Below are positions 30,145-37,711 of a stretch of 64,000 nt of DNA, in pieces; the stretch's first letter is position 1; every line of letters starts with the position of its first letter. The stretch covers positions 5,247-69,246 of the forward strand of contig CAZTRB010000001.1 in the NCBI GenBank assembly GCA_964616485.1, given 5' to 3'. The notes under the pieces were generated by a model. That model had not been told where the DNA came from. It made no database searches and saw nothing but the letters and a program-made list of their open reading frames with translations. The position numbers and the translations under genes were made by a program. This DNA is from an uncultured Muribaculaceae bacterium (lineage in GTDB: Bacteria; Bacillota_I; Bacilli_A; RF39; UBA660).

Positions 30145-31575
30145 ATGAAAAATAAAAATATAACTAGAAGAGAAGAGGATTTTGCTAATTGGTATGACGA
30201 CGTTATATCGGCGGCTAAATTAGCTAATTACTCTAATATAAAGGGTTCGATTATCTTAGAACCGAATGGTTATGCTATTTGGGAAATGATCCAGAAGAAC
30301 CTCGATAATATGTTTAAAGAAACGGGACACAAAAATGTCTATCTTCCTCTTTTAATACCCGAGAGTTTAATTAATAAAGAGCAAGATTTAATTGCGGGAT
30401 TTTCTCCGGAAATAGCGTGGGTTACTCATGGGGGTGAAAAGAAACTAGAAGAAAGACTTGGTATTAGACCTACTTCTGAGACCTTATTTAGTAATTATTA
30501 TGCTAGTGTCGTAAAGTCTTATAGAGACTTACCTCTTAAATATAATCAATGGTGTAATGTTTTTCGTTGGGAAAAAGAAACTCGTCCTTTTTTAAGAGGT
30601 AGAGAGTTTTTATGGCAAGAGGGACATACTGTTCATGAGACTAAAAAAGAAGCGGAGCAAGAGACTTTGCAAATGTTAAATATTTATAAAAGATTCTTTC
30701 ACGATTATTTAGCTATACCTGCTATTGTTGGTAAGAAGACGGAAAAAGAAAAGTTTGCTGGAGCAGTAGATACGTATACGGTAGAGGCTTTGATGTATAA
30801 TGGAGTATGTTTACAATCGGCTACTAGTCATTACTTTGGACAAAAGTTTTCTAAAGCTTACGATATTAAATTTTTAAATAGAAATAATGAGTTAGAATAT
30901 GCTTACCAGACTTCATGGGGAGCCACTACTAGAATGATCGGTGCTTTGATAATGGTTCATAGCGACGATAACGGTTTAATATTACCGCCAAAAATAGCTC
31001 CGACACCTGTAATAATAGTTCCACTTAGTGATGATAAAGAGATAGTTAAATTAGCTAATAAGTATGCTAAGACTTTAAATAAAGCCGGTATTAATACGGA
31101 GATTGATTTTTCTGATAAGACGCCAGGATTTAAGTTCGCTGAAGCTGAAGTAAAAGGATACCCTTTAAGAATAGAGATTGGTAAAAGAGATCTTGAAAAA
31201 GACAGTGTTACTTTCGTTAGAAGAGATACGCGTGAAAAAGAGTTGGAGAGTAAGGACTGTAAGTTAGTTCAAGTAGTTCAAAGTTATTTAGACGATATTC
31301 AAAATAATCTTTACTACCGTGCGTTTGGTCGTCAAGAAGAAAAGACTTTCAAGGTTACAGAGTGGGAAGAATTCGTTAGAATAATAAACGAGAATCCTGG
31401 ATTTGTAAAAGCTATGTGGTGTGGAAGTAATAAGTGTGAAGAGAAGATAAAAGAGATTAGAGGAACTAAGTCTAGATGTATACCATTTAAAGAAGAACAA
31501 GAGCATTTAAGCGATAAATGTATATGTTGTGGAGAGAAAGCGAAAGAAATGGTCGTTTGGGGAATTCAGTATTGA
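30145..31575 (+). CDS. proS: Prolyl-tRNA synthetase, archaeal/eukaryote-like type
   Basis: DFANWY N-terminus, class II motifs, C-terminal Cys-rich (C..C...C..C) Zn domain, terminal Tyr (..WGIQY). GGAGG SD before ATG 30145. Confidence 0.92.
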   Translation: MKNKNITRREEDFANWYDDVISAAKLANYSNIKGSIILEPNGYAIWEMIQKNLDNMFKETGHKNVYLPLLIPESLINKEQDLIAGFSPEIAWVTHGGEKKLEERLGIRPTSETLFSNYYASVVKSYRDLPLKYNQWCNVFRWEKETRPFLRGREFLWQEGHTVHETKKEAEQETLQMLNIYKRFFHDYLAIPAIVGKKTEKEKFAGAVDTYTVEALMYNGVCLQSATSHYFGQKFSKAYDIKFLNRNNELEYAYQTSWGATTRMIGALIMVHSDDNGLILPPKIAPTPVIIVPLSDDKEIVKLANKYAKTLNKAGINTEIDFSDKTPGFKFAEAEVKGYPLRIEIGKRDLEKDSVTFVRRDTREKELESKDCKLVQVVQSYLDDIQNNLYYRAFGRQEEKTFKVTEWEEFVRIINENPGFVKAMWCGSNKCEEKIKEIRGTKSRCIPFKEEQEHLSDKCICCGEKAKEMVVWGIQY

Positions 31576-31600
31576 TTTATTTTCTTAAATAAATTATAAT
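31572..31600 (+). promoter_or_regulatory. sigma-A promoter of the glyQS leader
   Basis: TTGATT (31572-31577), 17-nt spacer, TATAAT (31595-31600). It overlaps the proS stop. Confidence 0.5.
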
Positions 31601-31606
31601 TATTGT

Positions 31607-31727
31607 AATGATGTGATGATGGGGTTGGAATCCCGGAGCAATATAAAGAAGAGATTCGTCTACGAATAAGTAGGGTGGAACCGCGGTTACACGTCCCTAC
31701 ATTTGTAGACGTTTTTTATTTAAAGGA
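31607..31727 (+). promoter_or_regulatory. T-box riboswitch leader (glycine-specific, compact)
   Basis: T-box sequence AGTAGGGTGGAACCGCGG (31669-31686). Antiterminator helix GTAGGG/CCCTAC with a UGGA bulge. Stem III-like hairpin ATTCG-tcta-CGAAT (31654-31667). Competing terminator ACGTCCCTACA-tt-TGTAGACGT plus T6 (31691-31727). Confidence 0.85.
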
Positions 31728-31734
31728 GGAAAAA

Positions 31735-33108
31735 ATGGAAGAATTAACATTAGAAAAGTTAGTAAATTTTTGTAAACAGTATGGGTTTGTTTTTCAAGGA
31801 AGTGAAATATATGGAGGACTCGCTAATACTTGGGACTATGGTCCTTTAGGTGTAAGACTTAAGAACAATATTAAGGATGCTTGGCGTAAAAAGTTTATTC
31901 AAGAGAGAATGAATAGCTATGAATTAGACCCTAGTATCTTGATGCATCCTCGTGTTTGGGAAGCGTCTGGTCACGTAGCTAGTTTTTCCGATCCACTTAT
32001 CGATTGTAAAGAGTGTAAATCTCGTCATAGAGTAGACACTTTAATTGAGAGTTATGATAAGAATTCTGCTCCGGATAAAATGACTACCAAAGAACAAAAG
32101 GAATATATCGACGAGAAAAAGATTCCATGTCCTAAGTGTGGAAAGAGTAATTATACTGATATAAGAGATTTTAATTTGTTATTTGAGACTTATCGTGGAG
32201 CAGTCGAAGGAGAAAGACAAAAGATTTATCTAAGACCTGAAAATGCTCAAGGAGAATATGTTAACTTTTTAAATGTTCTTCGTACGATGAGAACAAAACT
32301 ACCTTTTTCAATTGGCCAAATAGGTAAGGCTTTTAGAAATGAGATTACGCCGGGAAACTTTATGTTTAGAACGATCGAGTTTGAGCAAATGGAATATCAG
32401 ACTTTCTGTAAAGAAGGAGACGATATGGAACTTTATGAATACTTTAAAAAGTTTGCTAAAGACTTTTATGTATCTCTTGGAATGAGAGAAGAGAAGTTTT
32501 CTTATAAAGATCATGATAAGTTAGCTCATTATGCTAAAGCAGCTTGTGACTTGTTTTATGATTTTCCAACACTTGGTCCGGCGGAGCTAAACGGTACTCA
32601 TAATCGTACTAATTATGACTTAGCGCGTCATCAAGAATATAGTGGTATATCTCATGAATATCTAGATCAAGAGACAAAAGAGAAGTATATTCCTTATATT
32701 GTCGAATCTACTTATGGAGTCGATCGTAGCGTCTTAGCGATAATTAGTGACGCTTACTATCAAGAAGAATTAGAAGGAGAGGTAAGAGAAGTCTTAAGAT
32801 TTCATCCGGCAATTGCACCTTATAAAGTAACGGTATTACCATTAATTAAAAAGTATCATAATGAAAAAGCATTGGAAATATACGATGAACTCTCTAAACA
32901 CTTTATGACTACTTATGACGATGCGGCAACCATCGGTAAAAGATATAGAAGAAGTGATGTTATCGGAACACCATTTTGTGTTACTATCGACGATAATACT
33001 TTAACTAATAATACGGTTACTATTAGAGATCGTGATACGATGGAACAAATAGTAATTAAAGTAGACGATATCGCTAGTTATGTCGAAGAGAGAATTAAAT
33101 TAGACTAA
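31735..33108 (+). CDS. glyQS: Glycyl-tRNA synthetase, dimeric (GlyQS) type
   Basis: GSEIYGGLANTWDYGPLG N-terminus and class II motifs. GGAGG SD before ATG 31735; the track ORF start at 31675 reads through the T-box terminator. Confidence 0.95.
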   Translation: MEELTLEKLVNFCKQYGFVFQGSEIYGGLANTWDYGPLGVRLKNNIKDAWRKKFIQERMNSYELDPSILMHPRVWEASGHVASFSDPLIDCKECKSRHRVDTLIESYDKNSAPDKMTTKEQKEYIDEKKIPCPKCGKSNYTDIRDFNLLFETYRGAVEGERQKIYLRPENAQGEYVNFLNVLRTMRTKLPFSIGQIGKAFRNEITPGNFMFRTIEFEQMEYQTFCKEGDDMELYEYFKKFAKDFYVSLGMREEKFSYKDHDKLAHYAKAACDLFYDFPTLGPAELNGTHNRTNYDLARHQEYSGISHEYLDQETKEKYIPYIVESTYGVDRSVLAIISDAYYQEELEGEVREVLRFHPAIAPYKVTVLPLIKKYHNEKALEIYDELSKHFMTTYDDAATIGKRYRRSDVIGTPFCVTIDDNTLTNNTVTIRDRDTMEQIVIKVDDIASYVEERIKLD

Positions 33109-33133
33109 AAAAAAAGACTTAGTCTTTTTTTTT
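33106..33133. terminator. Bidirectional Rho-independent terminator between convergent glyQS and 33132-33995(-)
   Basis: A8-GACT-t-AGTC-T9 symmetric hairpin. Confidence 0.8.
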
Positions 33134-33995
33134 ATTCAGATATTATTTCTATAGATACAAAGTAATAAACGTTAGTCTCTTCATTAAGTTTAAAAGTATA
33201 TTTAATTGAAGATAACTGATCGATAAAAGAATTAAAATAGTCGTCGTCTGTTATTTTATCTACATCACAATCTTCGATAACTTTATATGAAAAACTACCA
33301 CCCGTTGCACAAGAAGGAGAGAATCCTTCATGTTTAGCATAAAGATATTTATCATAGATTTCTATGGTTTTTTCATCGATTACTATTGCTTTAACAATCT
33401 TGGAATTAAATGGAGCTCCAACATCTCCAAAACCTTCGACTTCTTTTCTAATCCAAAGATCTTTCGTTTCATCGTAGACAAACTCTGAAGGCATTTCTTC
33501 TTCCATGGTATACCAAGTATCTGATTTAGGCCAACAATAAAATCCGACTTTTTTATATGTAATATCATTTCCTAAGACAGCCTTCATATGTGATTCGATA
33601 TCTTCCGGACCAAATTCTTTAGTATCACAGTTTAGATTAGTTTCTTTAAATGCTAAATCGATTTTAAAGTAGTCTTCTAAATCTTCCGCTTTAATTTTAT
33701 CGACGGTTGAATAATAATATGTCCATTCACGTCGATATGGTTTTCCATAATAATTATATGGAGAAGTTACTTTGTATAAAAGATCAGCTACTTCTTTACC
33801 ATCCACATCTAATGATCTTATTACGGGACCTTTGTCTTTTTCTACTTCTTTATTTTCTTCAGTTTCTTTTTTAGAAATAAATTTATCATAGACGACGTAA
33901 CCACTAACTGCCAATAGAGCAATTACTAGAGCGACTATTATTAAAATGTTGCTCCCTTTCTTTTCAATTTTTATCTTTTTCTCTTCTTCGTTCAT
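33132..33995 (-). CDS. N-terminally membrane-anchored protein with a Lys/Glu-rich linker, unknown function
   Basis: GGAGG SD; TM segment ILIIVALVIALLAVSGYVVYDK followed by an EENKEVEKDK linker. Same architecture and junction motif as the 1222-2154 product. Confidence 0.75.
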   Translation of the reverse strand: MNEEEKKIKIEKKGSNILIIVALVIALLAVSGYVVYDKFISKKETEENKEVEKDKGPVIRSLDVDGKEVADLLYKVTSPYNYYGKPYRREWTYYYSTVDKIKAEDLEDYFKIDLAFKETNLNCDTKEFGPEDIESHMKAVLGNDITYKKVGFYCWPKSDTWYTMEEEMPSEFVYDETKDLWIRKEVEGFGDVGAPFNSKIVKAIVIDEKTIEIYDKYLYAKHEGFSPSCATGGSFSYKVIEDCDVDKITDDDYFNSFIDQLSSIKYTFKLNEETNVYYFVSIEIISE

Positions 33996-34070
33996 AAGAC
34001 CTCCTTATTATAATATAATTATACCATGATAAAAAAATAAAAAAAGAAGATAATGTAAGTTAGATTAAGT

Positions 34071-34096
34071 AAAAAAAAAGACAGAGTCTTTTTTAA
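34071..34096 (-). terminator. Rho-independent terminator of 34116-34832(-)
   Basis: A-run GAC-aga-GTC T-run palindrome. Confidence 0.6.
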
Positions 34097-34115
34097 AAAT
34101 AAATAATGTTATTAA

Positions 34116-34832
34116 TTAAAACTTTAGGTAATCGTATTCACAATCTGGAGTGTTTATTATGACTATTTTATTATATATCGTATCATCATTTACTTGACCG
34201 ACAGCAATGTCGACTCTAGCTTTTAAATTATTATTCATTGCTATTTCATCACCTATAGGCATACCCGTTACATAAACGGTAGTATTTGGTTTATTATAAA
34301 GAGTTTTAAGTTCTTCTGTCATTAATAGTTCTGTCGTAACTAGATTTCCACTCGTCAGTCTCGTTAGTTCGATTTCTGATACTAAGTCGACACCATATCC
34401 TGAAGCGTCTTGTCCCATATAATAATAGCTATAACCATCGCCATCATATGTTATACCAACATAGTTATAATTCCACGTATCGTTGAAAGGACTTTGACCA
34501 TCTCTTTCTATCCAAACACAAGCATTCTCTTTGACATGATTAATTTTTATTAGGTAAAAAACACCTTCTTCATAAGACATAGGTTTTTCACTTCGATTGA
34601 CTTCGTTTCTAATTTCGAGTATAGATACTAAAGCAGCATTTACCAATTCATTTTTTTTAGGATCAGGCGTATTATCTGTAATAGGTGGAACATCATCTTC
34701 TTTCTCTTTTTCATTCTCATTATTTGAAGTAGTCTTATTAATGATTAAAAGACTACCAACGGTTATAGAAATTACACCGATAATTATGACAAGTATTATC
34801 GATAAATTATTTTTTTTCTTTTCTTCGTTCAT
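34116..34832 (-). CDS. N-terminally membrane-anchored hypothetical protein (238 aa)
   Basis: GGAGG SD; TM segment LSIILVIIIGVISITVGSLLII; NENEKEKEDD linker. Confidence 0.72.
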   Translation of the reverse strand: MNEEKKKNNLSIILVIIIGVISITVGSLLIINKTTSNNENEKEKEDDVPPITDNTPDPKKNELVNAALVSILEIRNEVNRSEKPMSYEEGVFYLIKINHVKENACVWIERDGQSPFNDTWNYNYVGITYDGDGYSYYYMGQDASGYGVDLVSEIELTRLTSGNLVTTELLMTEELKTLYNKPNTTVYVTGMPIGDEIAMNNNLKARVDIAVGQVNDDTIYNKIVIINTPDCEYDYLKF

Positions 34833-34923
34833 GTGACCTCCTTATTCTAAATTTAATTATAGCATAGTAAAAAAACATTTTAAATGCAAAGACTTTTTGT
34901 TTTTAACTTTACATAAAAAAAAC

Positions 34924-34952
34924 TTGCAAAAAAACGATTTATAAGGTATATT
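34924..34952 (+). promoter_or_regulatory. sigma-A promoter of rpsO
   Basis: TTGCAA (34924-34929), 17-nt spacer, TATATT (34947-34952). Confidence 0.5.
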
Positions 34953-35025
34953 GGTATTGCTGTTTTATCTAGGTCTAGGAGTTTCCGACCTCTACTTGGA
35001 TAAAATGAATTATATAGGAGGAAAA

Positions 35026-35295
35026 ATGGCATTAAATAAAGAAGTTAAAGCTGGTTTAATTAAAGATTTTGCTCGTAGTGAAAAAGATACGGGTGGAACT
35101 GAAGTTCAAATAGCAATTTTAACAGAAGAGATCAATTCTTTAACGGCACATTTAGTCGAACACAAACATGACCATCACTCTAGAAGAGGACTTTTAAAGA
35201 AAGTCGGTCAACGTAAGAAACTATTAACATATCTTTCAAAAAAAGATATCAATAGTTATAGAAATGTTATCGCTAAATTAGGGTTAAGAAAATAG
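35026..35295 (+). CDS. rpsO: 30S ribosomal protein S15
   Basis: 89 aa, [10 protein letters not shown]...[22 protein letters not shown] before ATG 35026. Confidence 0.96.
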   Translation: MALNKEVKAGLIKDFARSEKDTGGTEVQIAILTEEINSLTAHLVEHKHDHHSRRGLLKKVGQRKKLLTYLSKKDINSYRNVIAKLGLRK

Positions 35296-35304
35296 TATAA
35301 AAGT

Positions 35305-35333
35305 AGACACTCTTTTTAGAGTGTCTTTCTTTT
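35305..35333 (+). terminator. Rho-independent terminator after rpsO
   Basis: AGACACTC-ttttta-GAGTGTCT followed by a T-rich tail. Confidence 0.8.
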
Positions 35334-35348
35334 AAAATTGATGTTTTG

Positions 35349-35420
35349 GTAGGTACGTGGTTGTTATTGTAATAAAGTTAATAGGTCCTGTTGGTTTTAT
35401 TACAATAATACGATACCTAC
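35349..35420 (+). promoter_or_regulatory. Long imperfect hairpin in the pnp 5' leader
   Basis: GTAGGTA (35349-35355) pairs with TACCTAC (35414-35420). TTATTGTAATAAA (35364-35376) pairs perfectly with TTTATTACAATAA (35396-35408). It ends 6 nt before the pnp SD. Confidence 0.6.
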
Positions 35421-35439
35421 TTATAGAAGGAGGTACAAA

Positions 35440-37599
35440 ATGTCAAAAAAAGTATTTAAATATGATTTTTATGGAAAAGAACTAGTCGTTGAGACTGGTG
35501 AAATGGCACGTCAAGCGACGGCATCGGTATTAGTAAGATACGGTGATACGGTCGTTCTTACGACACTGGTCTATAAGAAAGAAGCGAACTTATTGTCTGA
35601 TTTCTTTCCGCTTATGGTAATTTATCAAGAGAAGTTATATTCGGTAGGTAAGATACCTGGTGGATTTATTAAAAGAGAGGGACGTCCAACTGATGCGGCA
35701 ACACTTGCTGCTAGAATGATCGATCGTCCGATGCGTCCACTATTTAAAGAAGATTTTAAAAATGAAGTACAAATAGTCAATACTGTCTTGTCGGTAGACA
35801 CCGATAATTCTCCGGAATTAACGGCAATGTTTGCTTCGTCTCTAGTAGCTAGTTTAAGTGGGTTGCCTTTTTTAGGGCCGATAGCTGGAGTTAAGATAGG
35901 ATATATCGATAACGAGTTTGTTATTAACCCTAATCCAAAAGAGCTAGAAGAATCTTCATTAGAACTAATCGTTGCTGGTACAAAAGATGCAATTAACATG
36001 GTTGAAGCAGGAGCAAAAGAACTTAAAGAAGATGTAATGTTGGAAGCTTTAATGAAAGCTCATGAAGTCATTAAGGAGTTAGTAGCTTTCCAAGAAAATA
36101 TCACGAAAGAAATAGGACAAGAGAAAATATCTTATGAGACTTTAGAAATAGAAGAAGAGATTAGAAAAGATATATCTAAGTCGACTTCTAAGAAATTTGA
36201 TACAGCATTACGCATTTCAGATAAGCAAGAAAAATATGAAGCGATTCAAAATATTAAAGACGAAGTTATTGAAAAATATAAATTAGAAAACGAAGACTTA
36301 AAAGACGCAGATTTAAATATCTTGATTACTAAAGTAAAAACGGTCTTAGAAAGTATCGAGTATGAGACTTTTAGAAAGATAATCGTCTTAGAAAAGACTA
36401 GACCAGATGGTCGTAAGATGACGGAGATAAGAGATTTATTTACGGCAATCGACTTGTTACCTAGAACTCATGGTTCGGCTCTATTTACTAGAGGAGAGAC
36501 TCAGAGTTTAGCGGTAACTACTCTTGGTGCTTTAGGTGAACATCAAATATTAGATGGTTTAAGCTTAGAAGCCGAGAAGAGATTTATGCTTCATTATAAC
36601 TTCCCGCCATTCTCAGTTGGAGAAACAGGTAGATATGGTGCTCCTGGAAGAAGAGAGATTGGTCATGGCGCATTAGGAGAGAGAGCTCTTCTACAAGTTA
36701 TGCCTTCGGAAGAAGAGTTTCCATATACAGTTCGTATCGTCTCTGAGATATTAGAGAGTAATGGTTCTTCTAGTCAAGCGACAATTTGTGCAGGATGTCT
36801 ATCTCTTATGGCAGCTGGTGTTCCGATTAAAGCGCCGGTAGCGGGTATTGCTATGGGACTTATTACTGAAGGCGATGACTATACTATCTTGACGGATATT
36901 CAAGGTCTAGAAGATCACCTTGGTGATATGGACTTTAAAGTAGCTGGTACGAGAGAGGGAATTTGTTCTCTACAAATGGATATTAAGATAGAGGGAATTA
37001 CTAAAGAGATCTTTAAAGAGGCTTTAGAACAAGCTCGTGTGGCACGTTTAGAGATTTTAGATGTTATGGAGAAAGAGATAGCTGAGCCTCGTAAAGAAGT
37101 TAGTAAGTATGCTCCTAAGACGGCTACTTTCATGATTAAACCTGAAAAGATCAAAGACGTAATTGGTAAGGGTGGAGAAGTAATCACGAAGATTATTTTA
37201 GAAGCTAGTAATGTTACTTCAGTCAGTGATGTCAATGCCGTTAAAGTCGACTTAGAAGATGATGGAAGAGTACTAATCTATCACTCTAATCAAGAGATTA
37301 TCGATAAGACAGTTAGCATGATTCAAGATATCGTTAAAGAAGTAGAAGAAGGAAAAATCTATCCTGCTAAAGTCGTTAAAGTCGAAGAGTTCGGATGTTT
37401 TGTTCAAGTTTGGCCAGGTATGGAAGGATTAGTTCATATATCTGAACTGGCTAAAGAAAGAGTAAATAAAGTCGAAGACGTTGTTAAACTAGGAGACGAA
37501 ATCTTAGTAATGTCGATCGGTGCCGACAAAAAAGGAAGATTAAATTTCTCTAGAAAAAAAGCACTCGAACCCGAGAAAAAAACAGAAGTAAAAGAATAG
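35440..37599 (+). CDS. pnp: Polyribonucleotide nucleotidyltransferase (PNPase)
   Basis: Two RNase PH domains, KH and S1 domains (G.V..V..FG.FV), 719 aa, rpsO-pnp synteny. Confidence 0.96.
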   Translation: MSKKVFKYDFYGKELVVETGEMARQATASVLVRYGDTVVLTTLVYKKEANLLSDFFPLMVIYQEKLYSVGKIPGGFIKREGRPTDAATLAARMIDRPMRPLFKEDFKNEVQIVNTVLSVDTDNSPELTAMFASSLVASLSGLPFLGPIAGVKIGYIDNEFVINPNPKELEESSLELIVAGTKDAINMVEAGAKELKEDVMLEALMKAHEVIKELVAFQENITKEIGQEKISYETLEIEEEIRKDISKSTSKKFDTALRISDKQEKYEAIQNIKDEVIEKYKLENEDLKDADLNILITKVKTVLESIEYETFRKIIVLEKTRPDGRKMTEIRDLFTAIDLLPRTHGSALFTRGETQSLAVTTLGALGEHQILDGLSLEAEKRFMLHYNFPPFSVGETGRYGAPGRREIGHGALGERALLQVMPSEEEFPYTVRIVSEILESNGSSSQATICAGCLSLMAAGVPIKAPVAGIAMGLITEGDDYTILTDIQGLEDHLGDMDFKVAGTREGICSLQMDIKIEGITKEIFKEALEQARVARLEILDVMEKEIAEPRKEVSKYAPKTATFMIKPEKIKDVIGKGGEVITKIILEASNVTSVSDVNAVKVDLEDDGRVLIYHSNQEIIDKTVSMIQDIVKEVEEGKIYPAKVVKVEEFGCFVQVWPGMEGLVHISELAKERVNKVEDVVKLGDEILVMSIGADKKGRLNFSRKKALEPEKKTEVKE

Positions 37600-37611
37600 T
37601 AATAAAATGTA

Positions 37612-37640
37612 AAGAGATATCTTAAAGGTATCTCTTTTAT
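37612..37640 (+). terminator. Rho-independent terminator after pnp
   Basis: AAGAGATA-9 nt-TATCTCTT followed by TTAT. Confidence 0.7.
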
Positions 37641-37711
37641 AAATCTTTTAGTTGCTTTTTTTTTTGAAAAAAGTTATAATAGAAAGCATATTTTAAGGAG
37701 GCGAGCCATCG

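Noticed and set aside
31675-31734. N-terminal extension of the glyQS ORF (MEPRLHVPTFVDVFYLKEEK).
   Set aside because: This stretch is the T-box antiterminator/terminator. The true start is ATG 31735, behind a GGAGG SD. For the same reason I trimmed similar in-frame 5' extensions at 2910, 9973, 19958, 30124, 34951, 41663, 45242, 46695 and 57379.
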